This document shows, piece after piece, positions 10,422 to 19,612 of a stretch of 64,000 nt of DNA. The stretch is taken from positions 513,210 through 577,209 of the forward strand of contig JAAEQR010000072.1 of NCBI GenBank assembly GCA_024231215.1, given 5' to 3'. The position numbers and the translations under genes are program-made. The notes under the pieces were generated by a model. It worked only from the letters and a program-made list of their open reading frames with translations. It searched no databases and was not told the DNA's origin. The DNA is from PVC group bacterium. GTDB lineage: Bacteria > Omnitrophota > Gorgyraeia > B26-G9. Positions within the stretch are counted from its first letter, which is position 1. Each line of letters opens with the position of its first letter.

Positions 10422-10805
10422 ATGGAAGAAGACAGAAAATTTGGCAGATTAATTTCGAATTTAAAAGTAACCTGGAGAAAAATTGATGGATTCACCTGGG
10501 AGAAACTTAATGAGAATAAAGATATTTCTGAGCAGGGGATTTGCCTGATTGTCGATGAGCGAGTCGAAGCAGGTGATGATTTGTTGCTTAAGATAGAATT
10601 GTTTTCCGGTAGTGCCATTCGGGCTATTGGTAAAGTAGTTTGGATTAGCGAAGCGGTTTTAGACGGAGATAAAGTTTTTAACGCAGGTATTAAATTTCTG
10701 GATATTGATAAGGACGACAGAAAAGAGATCGCGGAATTTGTTTTCCGGAATCTTCGTAATAAACTGCTTAACCAGTTAGGCGAAGAAGATCTCTTTGAAT
10801 CATAA
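10422..10805 (+). CDS. Stand-alone PilZ-domain protein (c-di-GMP receptor)
   Basis: RxxxR (RKFGR), DxSxxG (DISEQG), GKVVW, GIKF. Confidence 0.85.
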   Translation: MEEDRKFGRLISNLKVTWRKIDGFTWEKLNENKDISEQGICLIVDERVEAGDDLLLKIELFSGSAIRAIGKVVWISEAVLDGDKVFNAGIKFLDIDKDDRKEIAEFVFRNLRNKLLNQLGEEDLFES

Positions 10806-11108
10806 AAATTTGCTATGGAAGTTCGAAACTCCGATTAAATCATAAAAACTCCTCATTTTGTTTCCCGGTACTCCTAAATGATTTCAGAATACAGGTCAAT
10901 TCAAGTATAACATCCTATAATATCATGAATTATTTACCGACAAATACGCCACAATAACATAGGCATAAAAAGCCACGAAAACACATTAAAATACACAATA
11001 ATATAGAATAGTGCACATCCAATTAAGTATTTTATAAAATAATTTAAAAAGTCCCTTGAAAGGATGTATAAGATAATGTATAATAGTATTGTAAGGGAGG
11101 TAAGAGAG

Positions 11109-11762
11109 ATGAAGAAGAATACACAATATTATAATCAAGTAAAAGCCGGCAAACTGCAGAATGGTCTTATCTGTGCGGTTCTCGCATTATTAATTATAGG
11201 AAGCACAAGCAGTAATGCATCTGCTCTGGGAAATAATATCCTGAGCAGTATGAATATTTCCCAGGAAAGAATAGTGACTAATGGTGTATTAATTTCCCGC
11301 CCGGCAGCTATTGATGAGAAAATTCGCGATATTATGATTTTTAACAATATCAGAACTTTAAACGACTATGTAAGATGGCTGAAAAAAAACATAAAATATC
11401 GTAAAGATAAAAAAGGCGATGTATGGGCAGATCCAGAAGATACATTAAGCTCTAATGGCGGCGATTGCGAAGACTTTGCTTTTTTTAATGCTGCGGTGCT
11501 GAAAGTTTTAGGTTTTAATCCGGAAGTTTTAGCAATTATCCGGATTGGCCGCAGCCATGCTATATGTGTATTTAAGGAAAATGGATACTATTCGATAATA
11601 GATAACAATACGCTGATTAGAACTAAAAAAACAACAATGACTTCATTCACCCCTAAGTTGATGGATATGTATAACTTTGCTACACTTGGTTCTATAAAAC
11701 TGAGCAGTAGAAGGATAAATGTTATTGCTCATAAATCACAAGTTCTAGCAAGTAAGATGTAA
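11109..11762 (+). CDS. Exported transglutaminase-like cysteine peptidase (BTLCP/LapG-like)
   Basis: N-terminal signal or anchor; DVWADPEDTL...GDCEDFA, SHAIC, IIDN give a Cys-His-Asp triad. ATG 11109 follows a GGGAGG SD. Confidence 0.78.
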   Translation: MKKNTQYYNQVKAGKLQNGLICAVLALLIIGSTSSNASALGNNILSSMNISQERIVTNGVLISRPAAIDEKIRDIMIFNNIRTLNDYVRWLKKNIKYRKDKKGDVWADPEDTLSSNGGDCEDFAFFNAAVLKVLGFNPEVLAIIRIGRSHAICVFKENGYYSIIDNNTLIRTKKTTMTSFTPKLMDMYNFATLGSIKLSSRRINVIAHKSQVLASKM

Positions 11763-11811
11763 GCAATAATTTGTCTCTCTTACACCCCTCAGCCTAACGT
11801 CGGTAAGGCTA

Positions 11812-11856
11812 GAAGGTGTACAAGTTCTAGGTTGCTTGTACACCTTCAATTTTTTT
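11812..11856 (+). terminator. Intrinsic terminator
   Basis: Perfect 13-bp stem GAAGGTGTACAAG/CTTGTACACCTTC followed by AATTTTTTT. Confidence 0.75.
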
Positions 11857-11876
11857 CTATAGATATCCCTCTTTAA

Positions 11877-11905
11877 TTGACTTGGATTCTCCTGTGTAGT
11901 ATGAT
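11877..11905 (+). promoter_or_regulatory. sigma70 promoter of the hypothetical-metF operon
   Basis: TTGACT-17 nt-TATGAT. Confidence 0.7.
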
Positions 11906-11942
11906 GAAGTAAAGTTAATAACTGTTGAAAGGGAGAGGGATT

Positions 11943-12449
11943 ATGAAGAAGATTATGCTTAACGTATTGCGGATAATTACGTACATATTGTTTTTTATCG
12001 TAATCGGGATCCTGTTTGTTACCAATCATGCTATCTGGGCAACATTGCTGATTGGATTTAGCATGCTTTCTGTATATCTAGTTGTGGAAAAGCATATCCA
12101 AGACAGAGTGATCAATGAGTTGAATTGGATCAACAGTTGTGTTATGAACAGTTATGAGGTGGATAATGCCAGAGCTCAGAAGGATTTTTATCTTTTTGTT
12201 TTGCAGGCGTTTAAATCCGGTGCATTGAAAAACGGGATGATGAATACGGAGATACATGATTGTATTGTAAGTAATGACGAAGATGATCGTTTTTCGTTTC
12301 GCCCGGCATTATATTTTGGGGAGCAAAAGGGGGCTTTGAAAAAAAATACAGTTAAGCTTTATGGTTTTGGAGTGGCAATTCCTACCCCGAAACTTATTCT
12401 TAAATTTAAAGAAGGAAAACTGATAAAGTGGAAAGAGAAACAAGGGTAA
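11943..12449 (+). CDS. Hypothetical membrane protein (2 N-terminal TM helices)
   Basis: GAGGGA SD, two hydrophobic helices; abuts metF. Confidence 0.65.
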   Translation: MKKIMLNVLRIITYILFFIVIGILFVTNHAIWATLLIGFSMLSVYLVVEKHIQDRVINELNWINSCVMNSYEVDNARAQKDFYLFVLQAFKSGALKNGMMNTEIHDCIVSNDEDDRFSFRPALYFGEQKGALKKNTVKLYGFGVAIPTPKLILKFKEGKLIKWKEKQG

Positions 12450-12453
12450 ATAA

Positions 12454-13314
12454 TTGAAGATAAAAGAAATATTAAAAATTCGCAAGCAGGGAATATCTTT
12501 TGAATTTTTCCCTCCGAAAACCGAAGCTGGGAAAAAAGCTTTGCAGAATACAATTACAGCGTTAAAAAAATATAATCCGTTATATGTTTCAATGACTTAT
12601 GGGGCCGGAGGCGCAACTCAGGAGAAGACAAAAGAAGCGGTAGATATGCTCCTAGCCGAGACGGAATTAGAAGTTATGCCCCATCTTACCTGTATTGGCG
12701 CACAGCCGGAAGCGATTAAGAGCATCTTGGCTGATTATAAGGAAAAAGGCATTGAGAATATTATGGCTTTGAGAGGGGATCCTCCTATAGGAGTAGAGAA
12801 ATTTGATTTTTCAGCCCAGGATTTTAGTTATGCGGTTGACTTGGTGAAAAACATAAAGCAAGCCGGACATTTTGGGGTGGGCGTTGCGGTATACCCGGAA
12901 GGCCATATCGAAAGCCCCTCGCTTGAGAAGGATATTGAATATACTAAATACAAAATCGATGCCGGAGCTGATTTTGCTGTTACGCAGATGTTTTTTGATA
13001 ATACTTATTATTATGAATTATTAGATAGGATGAAAAGCCGAGCAATTGATATTCCGGTATTGCCGGGTATTTTGCCTTTGCTGGATGTGTCAAAAGTAAG
13101 GCAATTCGCGGATATTTGCCGAGCGACAATTCCCAGTCATATTGAAGAACGAATGGAGGCGCTTCGCAATAATCCAGAAGAGATGGAAAAAGTCGGTATT
13201 GATTTTACAATCAAGCAATGCCGTGATCTGATAAAGAACGGGATAAAACAACTTCATTTTTTTACGCTTAATAAACCGGCAGTTATCCAGACTATAGTGG
13301 AGGCGATTTTTTAG
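12454..13314 (+). CDS. metF: 5,10-methylenetetrahydrofolate reductase
   Basis: SFEFFPPK, TYGAGG, HLTC, ALRGD, YPEGH, TQMFFD, HFFTLN. Confidence 0.96.
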   Translation: MKIKEILKIRKQGISFEFFPPKTEAGKKALQNTITALKKYNPLYVSMTYGAGGATQEKTKEAVDMLLAETELEVMPHLTCIGAQPEAIKSILADYKEKGIENIMALRGDPPIGVEKFDFSAQDFSYAVDLVKNIKQAGHFGVGVAVYPEGHIESPSLEKDIEYTKYKIDAGADFAVTQMFFDNTYYYELLDRMKSRAIDIPVLPGILPLLDVSKVRQFADICRATIPSHIEERMEALRNNPEEMEKVGIDFTIKQCRDLIKNGIKQLHFFTLNKPAVIQTIVEAIF

Positions 13315-13323
13315 GGCTTAATA

Positions 13324-13506
13324 ATGGCAGAGTATATTTGTCCACATTGCAAAAATCCGATCAATGACGATGAAGCACTGTTATGTCTTTATTGCGGTGG
13401 GCGGTTGGATCGTGGTGTTGGTTTAATGGGGAAGATTCCTCGGCAGATATTTATTTTTATTATAGTGGTCTTGATTTTAAGTTTTTTTATGCTTATAATC
13501 AGATAA
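13324..13506 (+). CDS. Small zinc-ribbon membrane protein
   Basis: CPHC...CLYCG followed by one TM helix; tight operon spacing. Confidence 0.7.
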   Translation: MAEYICPHCKNPINDDEALLCLYCGGRLDRGVGLMGKIPRQIFIFIIVVLILSFFMLIIR

Positions 13507-13523
13507 CAGGGGAGTGTTGATTA

Positions 13524-13859
13524 ATGGTGTTACTAGATATAATGCACAAATGCAGGAACTTAGAGCTTTTTCAGAAGAGGACCTCGACTGATGAACATGT
13601 AGAGGTTGTTGTTTTTAATAAAGACATGGAAGAGTGGATTCGCATATTTAGCGAAGAATTAGGGCAGGCGGTTAAACCAGCAGGAGCTTCTCCGACATCG
13701 CGGGATCTAGAGCTGACCTCAGCATACGGTGGAATCCGGGGAGAGCAATCATTGTTTGAGAAAAGATCTGATGATAGTGTAGTGATCGCGCTCTTTTGGC
13801 CATGGCAGGACAAACAGCATACCACGATTAAAATGTTTAATCTAAGACTAAAAGCTTGA
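13524..13859 (+). CDS. Hypothetical protein
   Basis: GGGGAG SD, normal composition, motifs GGIRGEQSL and FWPWQD that look conserved. Confidence 0.7.
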   Translation: MVLLDIMHKCRNLELFQKRTSTDEHVEVVVFNKDMEEWIRIFSEELGQAVKPAGASPTSRDLELTSAYGGIRGEQSLFEKRSDDSVVIALFWPWQDKQHTTIKMFNLRLKA

Positions 13860-13890
13860 TTTTTTCCTTACCAATTTCTATAAAAATTCC

Positions 13891-15132
13891 ATGAAAAGAA
13901 AAAAAATACATTCGATTAAAAAACCGGAGTTAGTATGCCCGGCAGGTGATTGGGCATCGCTACTTACTGCCGTAGAAAATGGGGCAGATAGTGTTTACTT
14001 TGGGGTAAAAGGTATTAATATGCGTAATTTTGCTACTAACTTTGATGTAGCAGAGTTGAGCAAGATCATGAAGTATTTACATGCGCATAATACTCGAGGA
14101 TATCTTACCCTCAATGTTATCGTTATGAACCATGAGCTTAACAAAGTTTTGAAAATATTAAAAAAGGCTAAGTCAGCCGGGGTGGATGCGGTGATTTTGT
14201 GGGATATGGCGGTTTTCTCCATGGCTCGGGAGTTAGGGTTGCGTGTTCATATTTCGACCCAGGCGAGTATATCGAATTTTAAAGCATTGAAATATTACGC
14301 AAAACTAGGCGCCAAAAGAGTTGTCTTGGCCCGGGAATGCAAGCTTGCGGATATTAAGGATATAGTAAAAGGCATCGAGAAAGAGAAAATCAATTGTGAG
14401 GTTGAAAGTTTTATTCATGGGGCTATGTGTATTAGTATTTCAGGAAGATGCTTTCTCTCATCGTATTCCAGTGGTAAGTCGGCAAACAGAGGAGAGTGTC
14501 AGCAATACTGTCGTAGGGAATTTTCGATTATCGATGACTCAAAAGAGGGTAAGTATATTTTAGGGCAGGACTATGTCTTAAGTGCTAAAGATTTATGCTC
14601 GATTGATTTTATTGATAAGCTGATAAAGGCAGGGATACATTCTTTTAAAATTGAAGGCCGGATGCGTTCTCCTGAATATGTTAAAGTCGCAACATCTGTT
14701 TATCGTTGCGCAATTGATACATTTTCCCAAGGTAAACTTACCCTAGCTTTAAAACGCAATCTTAAACAGGAATTAGGCAATGTGTTTACACGTGGTTTCT
14801 CAAGTGGGTTTTACTATGGAATTCCTCAAGATGCGCTTAGTCGTAGGAATGAGCATAAATATGAAAAAGTATTTTTAGGGGAAGTTACCAAATTCTATAA
14901 AAAAATTAATGTTGTAGAAATACTAGTGCGCAATAAGGGGCTACGTCAGGGAGCGGAGCTTTTATTTATGGGCAATAAAACTCCGGCTTGTTTTGCAAAA
15001 GCAGAGGAGATTCAGCAAAAGCATAAATTTGTAAAGACGGTAAAACAAGGGGAATATGTGGGAATTAAAGTACCGTTTTTGCTAAAACGTAACGATAAAG
15101 TTTTCCTTTGGCAGAAAAGAAAATCCGACTAG
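13891..15132 (+). CDS. U32 peptidase-family Fe-S protein (TrhP/RlhA-like RNA hydroxylation)
   Basis: PELVCPAG, GADSVYFG, HISTQ, FIHGAMCISISGRC, NRGECQQYCR, KIEGR. Confidence 0.9.
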   Translation: MKRKKIHSIKKPELVCPAGDWASLLTAVENGADSVYFGVKGINMRNFATNFDVAELSKIMKYLHAHNTRGYLTLNVIVMNHELNKVLKILKKAKSAGVDAVILWDMAVFSMARELGLRVHISTQASISNFKALKYYAKLGAKRVVLARECKLADIKDIVKGIEKEKINCEVESFIHGAMCISISGRCFLSSYSSGKSANRGECQQYCRREFSIIDDSKEGKYILGQDYVLSAKDLCSIDFIDKLIKAGIHSFKIEGRMRSPEYVKVATSVYRCAIDTFSQGKLTLALKRNLKQELGNVFTRGFSSGFYYGIPQDALSRRNEHKYEKVFLGEVTKFYKKINVVEILVRNKGLRQGAELLFMGNKTPACFAKAEEIQQKHKFVKTVKQGEYVGIKVPFLLKRNDKVFLWQKRKSD

Positions 15133-15137
15133 ACCAA

Positions 15138-16469
15138 TCAAAGAATATTACTGGCAAGTTCAGCCAGTTCGGATCGCTCGCCTTTTTCCAGATTAATATG
15201 TGTATATATCTGCTGTCCGCGCATCTTATCAATCAAATAGCTTAGTCCGTTTGAATATATATCCAGATAAGGATGATCTATCTGGAAAATATCGCCGGTA
15301 AAGACCATCTTGGTTCCTTCTCCGGCTCGGGTGATGATCGTCTTTACCTCATGCGGGGTGAGGTTTTGGGCTTCATCCACAATAAAGAATGCATTTACCA
15401 GACTTCGTCCCCGGATATAGGATAAGGGGGCGATAACCAGGCTTTCTTCCTCCAATAGTTTTTGTATTTTACGGCGTTTTGATTTTTGCTCAAAGAATCT
15501 ACTTTTTATTACGCCTAAGTTATCATATAACGGCTGCATATAAGGTTCGAGTTTCGAGCCGATATCTCCGGGGAGATATCCAATATCTTTATTGCTTAAA
15601 GGAACTACCGGCCGGGCCATTAATATTTGTAGAAAATCTTCTTTACTTTCTAAGGCTCCGGCTAAAGCAAGTAATGTTTTACCGGTGCCGGCTTTACCGG
15701 ATATAGTTACCAGCGGTATTTTGGGATCGGTTAATGCGTTTAGAGCAAATGTTTGTTCGGCGTTGCGAGGAGTAATGCCGTAAGCCGGGAGTTTATTTAC
15801 GCGATCGATAGTACATGTTTCAGCGTTAAAGCGTCCGATTGCTGATTTCTTCTTGTTTTTCATAATAATAAATTCATTAGGCATGAACTCTCGTTTATCA
15901 CATAAGGCTTTTGCTTTGATCTGATCTGCATCCGCATACATTTTGTTAATAAGGCTTAAAGAAACATCTTCTTCGATTCTGTACCCCCGGTATAATTCAG
16001 AAATGTCTTTTACATGGTCGGTGGTGTAATCATTAGTGACTAGTCCTACAGCCTTTGCTTTCATTCGCAGATTTACGTCTTTGCTGATAATAAGGACTTG
16101 TTTATCCTGATTATCCTGAGCCAGGCAATAGGCTGTATTTAAAATTTGGTGGTCTACTAGGTTGGGGGCGAAGTTAAGCTCCAGGTTTTTATGCATTTTC
16201 TGGCCGAGCACAATAAGGATGCGTCCGTTATTTTCGCCGAGTTTAACTCCTTCGTCAAATATCTGATCTCCGCTAAGAGAGTCTAAATCACGCAGAAAGC
16301 CTCGGGCATGGTAATTGAGTGTTTCGTGTCCTTTTTTGAATTTATCGAGTTCTTCAATGACTTGGATGGGGATAACAACGTCATGTTGTTTGAATTGATA
16401 TATACAGGTACAGTCGTGAAGGATAACATTTGTATCGAGGACGAATATCTTTTTAATCTTTTCTTCCAT
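15138..16469 (-). CDS. PIN-PhoH (PhoH2) ATPase/RNase
   Basis: N-terminal PIN (VLDTNVILHD, SKDVNLRMKA), Walker A GKAGTGKT, YIRGRS, DEAQN, GDIFQID. Confidence 0.93.
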   Translation of the reverse strand: MEEKIKKIFVLDTNVILHDCTCIYQFKQHDVVIPIQVIEELDKFKKGHETLNYHARGFLRDLDSLSGDQIFDEGVKLGENNGRILIVLGQKMHKNLELNFAPNLVDHQILNTAYCLAQDNQDKQVLIISKDVNLRMKAKAVGLVTNDYTTDHVKDISELYRGYRIEEDVSLSLINKMYADADQIKAKALCDKREFMPNEFIIMKNKKKSAIGRFNAETCTIDRVNKLPAYGITPRNAEQTFALNALTDPKIPLVTISGKAGTGKTLLALAGALESKEDFLQILMARPVVPLSNKDIGYLPGDIGSKLEPYMQPLYDNLGVIKSRFFEQKSKRRKIQKLLEEESLVIAPLSYIRGRSLVNAFFIVDEAQNLTPHEVKTIITRAGEGTKMVFTGDIFQIDHPYLDIYSNGLSYLIDKMRGQQIYTHINLEKGERSELAELASNIL

Positions 16470-16516
16470 GAGCCCTAATCTCCTATCTTTAATATATATA
16501 GTATCTTTCTATTTCA

Positions 16517-16545
16517 ATTATACCGTTTAAGCCCCCTTTCCGCAA
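16517..16545 (-). promoter_or_regulatory. Putative promoter of the PIN-PhoH gene
   Basis: Minus strand reads TTGCGG-17 nt-TATAAT. Confidence 0.55.
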
Positions 16546-16572
16546 TAGGTTTTTACGACGATTCTCCGTCCT

Positions 16573-16601
16573 TTGACACAACCTTGTATCGGGGGTATAA
16601 T
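16573..16601 (+). promoter_or_regulatory. Consensus sigma70 promoter
   Basis: Perfect TTGACA-17 nt-TATAAT. Confidence 0.8.
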
Positions 16602-16692
16602 AAATAGTAATTTTAGTGATGCAGGATTAGAATGTTTTAGGGGAAATGGGCTGAGTTAATAGAAATAAAAAAATATTAAGGAGAAATAAATT

Positions 16693-16911
16693 ATGAATTG
16701 TTGGGAATTTAAAAAATGTGGACGCGAAAAAGGTGGAGCAAAAGAAAAAGAATTGGGTCTTTGTCCGGCATATCCTGATAATGGAAAACAGTGTGCTCGT
16801 ATTGCGGGAACATTATGTGGAGGCCAAGTTCAGGGTACATTTGCATCAAAATTATCTAATTGTATGCAATGTGATTTTTATAAAAGTGAACATTATATAA
16901 AGAATAGATAA
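16693..16911 (+). CDS. Small Cys-rich two-CW-domain protein
   Basis: NCWEFKKCGRE...CPA...CARIAGTLCGG...CMQCDFY; AAGGAG SD. Confidence 0.8.
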   Translation: MNCWEFKKCGREKGGAKEKELGLCPAYPDNGKQCARIAGTLCGGQVQGTFASKLSNCMQCDFYKSEHYIKNR

Positions 16912-17018
16912 ACTATCATGGTTTCCGAAAGAATAAATCATCGGATAATCAATATCCCTCTTGTTAATTATCCCGTCTGTTGTTATACTATAACCTAATT
17001 ATTTTAAAGGGGGAGGGG

Positions 17019-17711
17019 ATGAAAATTTTAAAGCAATCTATAAAAGAGTGGCCAAGTGAAGACCGCCCGCGGGAAAAGCTATTTAAGCGGGGTGAACATA
17101 CCTTAAGTGATTCTGAATTAATCGCGATTCTTTTGCGTTCCGGAGTAAAAGGCGAGAGTGCTATAGATCTTGCCCGGAAGATAGTTAAAAAATTTAAGAC
17201 GTTTCGTAAAATGAGTTCGGCTGATTTATCTACCTGGAAGGAATTTAAAGGGCTAGGCATAGCTAAAATTGCTCAGCTTAAGGCAGCGATTGAAATCGGA
17301 AGACGGTTTAAAGAAGAAGAGTTGCGTGAAAGTAATCTTTGTGTGCGTTCTGCCGGGGATGTCGCGGAAATCCTAATGCCGCGAATGCGCGATCTGAAAA
17401 AAGAAATATTTAAAGTTGTATCTCTTAATTCCCGAAACAGGGTTATTGATATCCTGGAAATTACCGAAGGTACAGTAAATCAGGCAAATCCGATTATCCG
17501 GGAGATTTTTCAAAAAGCGATGCAGTGTTTTTCTTCTGCAATAGTATGTGTGCATAATCATCCGTCCGGGGATGCAAATCCTAGCCGGGCGGATAAGGAA
17601 TTTACGCGAAAATTAGTTACGGCGGGTGATGTTTTGCAGATTAAAGTTTTTGATCATGTTATAATTGGAAATGAGACATATTTTAGCCTGGCAGACGCGG
17701 GGATTATATAA
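17019..17711 (+). CDS. radC: RadC/JAB-domain protein
   Basis: DRPREKL, LSDSELIAILLRSG, HhH, HNHPSGD, DHVIIG. Confidence 0.93.
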   Translation: MKILKQSIKEWPSEDRPREKLFKRGEHTLSDSELIAILLRSGVKGESAIDLARKIVKKFKTFRKMSSADLSTWKEFKGLGIAKIAQLKAAIEIGRRFKEEELRESNLCVRSAGDVAEILMPRMRDLKKEIFKVVSLNSRNRVIDILEITEGTVNQANPIIREIFQKAMQCFSSAIVCVHNHPSGDANPSRADKEFTRKLVTAGDVLQIKVFDHVIIGNETYFSLADAGII

Positions 17712-17828
17712 CCCAGAATTTAAAACTTTTCCCTTGTAAAGGGGAAGGCTATTTATATATAATATAAACACTGTTTATTTAATATATGGATGTTGATATT
17801 TGGTAGTTGAATGGAAGGGAGGCAAGTA

Positions 17829-18329
17829 ATGGTTTGTCCAGCATGTCAAAAGGAAATGGTTGCTAAGGATTTTGGCGGGGTAATGGTTGATGTTTGTGAA
17901 GATGGTTGTCATGGTATATGGTTTGACTGGATGGAATTATGCAAGCTTGATGAGCAGAACGAAGGTCTTGGTAATGCCCTGAATAATGCTTTAACCCATG
18001 AGCGTGCAAATGATGAGAACCGGGGACAGATAAAATGTCCGAAATGCAGCCTTTTAATGCATATACATAAGTATGAGTCGGCAAAAGAGATAAATGTTGA
18101 TGAATGCTATGCTTGCGGCGGATTTTTTCTTGATTCAGGGGAACTGAGAACGATTCGGGATAATTTTATGAGCGAAGAAGAGCGTGAAGCTTATACGCAG
18201 AAGCTTTTAGACGGAAATTCTGAGTTTCAGAAGGCAGAAGATGCGCTGGATAAGGATAAGGCGCGTGATGAAGCTATTCGCAAATATACGAGATTCATGA
18301 GATTGAGCTACTATTGTACCGGCAAATAG
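17829..18329 (+). CDS. Double zinc-ribbon (zf-TFIIB-like) protein
   Basis: CPAC..VDVCEDGCHGIWFD and CPKC..VDECYACGGFFLDSGEL; GGGAGG SD before 17829. Confidence 0.8.
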   Translation: MVCPACQKEMVAKDFGGVMVDVCEDGCHGIWFDWMELCKLDEQNEGLGNALNNALTHERANDENRGQIKCPKCSLLMHIHKYESAKEINVDECYACGGFFLDSGELRTIRDNFMSEEEREAYTQKLLDGNSEFQKAEDALDKDKARDEAIRKYTRFMRLSYYCTGK

Positions 18330-18484
18330 CTGTATAAAAAATGGCTTAACAAAGAATCTTTTTAAAAACTTTTTTTAAAGAATAAATTTTTTAGGGGCAG
18401 GGTGTTTAAATAATTTAGAATGGACAACGTTGTAACATCCTGAAAATAAAGTAGTTATGATTACAGCATGCTTTTCGCCTACCC

Positions 18485-18513
18485 TTGACAGCAGTACATT
18501 CCTATGGTATACT
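18485..18513 (+). promoter_or_regulatory. sigma70 promoter upstream of NIF3-dnaG-rpoD
   Basis: TTGACA-17 nt-TATACT with an extended -10 TG. Confidence 0.75.
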
Positions 18514-18567
18514 TGCACTAACTTTATAAAAGAATGGACGGATTATAGTAATTAATAGGTTTAGGGG

Positions 18568-18594
18568 GCAGGGTATATAATACCTGCTTTTTTT
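18568..18594 (+). terminator. Terminator-like hairpin within the operon leader
   Basis: GCAGGGTA-tataa-TACCTGC (one bulge) followed by T7. Confidence 0.55.
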
Positions 18595-18654
18595 GTTGAA
18601 TTTGTAGAGAGTGGGGCTCTTATTATATAAAATAACAAAAACCAGGAGGGGGAT

Positions 18655-19611
18655 TTGAAGTTAAAAAAATTATATGATTTAATCATAGAGCTGGGGATTG
18701 CGAAGGATCCAAGGGGAAAAGCAAAGGTTTCAAAGGAATTACAGAAGGTAAAAAAGCAGTACGAGAAGTTAAGTGATTCGGAAAAGAAAGAGTTTGATAC
18801 AGATAGATTTAAGAACCCATATAGTGATACAAGGATTCTTAATGGAAGTATAGAAGCAGAGATAAAGAAAGTTTTAGTTGGAGTTGATATTGATCCGAGT
18901 GAAGTTCTTCTGGCTGATAGGTTGAATGAGAAGGGAAAGAAGATCGATTTGATCGTTGCTCATCATCCGGAAGGAAGGGCTTTGGCGGCATTGTATCAGG
19001 TTATGTATATGCAGGCGGATATTGTAAGTAGTCGCGGTGTTCCGATTACAGTTGCTGAAGGACTTATAAAAGAACGTATGAGCGAGGTAGAAAGAAGGTT
19101 GTTGCCGGTAAATCATACTAAAACTGCGGATACTGCGCGTTTGTTGAATATACCGTTAATGTGTGTGCATACTCCGGCGGATAATCATGTAGCTACTTTC
19201 TTGCAGAATTTGCTGGATAAAAAGTCTCCGGAAACAGTAGGAGAGCTTATTGATATATTAAAAGGTATTCCGGAATATAAAGCAGCAATTAAGGATAATG
19301 CCGGACCGAAGATATTTAACGGTTCAAAAACAAACCAGGCTGGAAAGATATTTGTCGATATGACCGGTGGAACCGGTGGATCAAAAGATATATTTAAAAA
19401 TTTATCGCAAGCGGGAATTGGAACGGTTGTTGGTATGCATATTGGAGAAGAACATCTGAAGAAGGCTAAGGCCGAGCACCTTAATGTGGTTATTGCCGGG
19501 CATATTTCTTCGGATAATATAGGATTGAATCTCATATTGGATGCTATCGAGAGAAAACAACGCTTGGACGTTATTGCATGCTCTGGTTTCATGCGTGTAA
19601 AAAGAAAATAA
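18655..19611 (+). CDS. NIF3/NGG1p-interacting-factor family metal-binding protein
   Basis: NPYSDTRIL, AHHPEG, HTPADN, GMH, AGHISSDNIG; TTG start with a strong SD. Confidence 0.85.
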   Translation: MKLKKLYDLIIELGIAKDPRGKAKVSKELQKVKKQYEKLSDSEKKEFDTDRFKNPYSDTRILNGSIEAEIKKVLVGVDIDPSEVLLADRLNEKGKKIDLIVAHHPEGRALAALYQVMYMQADIVSSRGVPITVAEGLIKERMSEVERRLLPVNHTKTADTARLLNIPLMCVHTPADNHVATFLQNLLDKKSPETVGELIDILKGIPEYKAAIKDNAGPKIFNGSKTNQAGKIFVDMTGGTGGSKDIFKNLSQAGIGTVVGMHIGEEHLKKAKAEHLNVVIAGHISSDNIGLNLILDAIERKQRLDVIACSGFMRVKRK

Positions 19612-19612
19612 A

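Noticed and set aside
10815-10835. GTTCGAA T-loop-like sequence suggesting a tRNA fragment or att site
   Set aside because: No acceptor stem, D-arm or match to the 3' ends of the three tRNAs, and no integrase nearby.
11860-12454. SAM riboswitch upstream of metF
   Set aside because: No SAM-I core (ATC..GAG...GAT, kink-turn) or other recognisable SAM motif; the leader after the promoter is only about 30 nt.
17019-17711. radC as a marker of a mobile or anti-restriction element
   Set aside because: It is the full-length chromosomal type with the HhH region, and no integrase, transposase or conjugation genes flank it.
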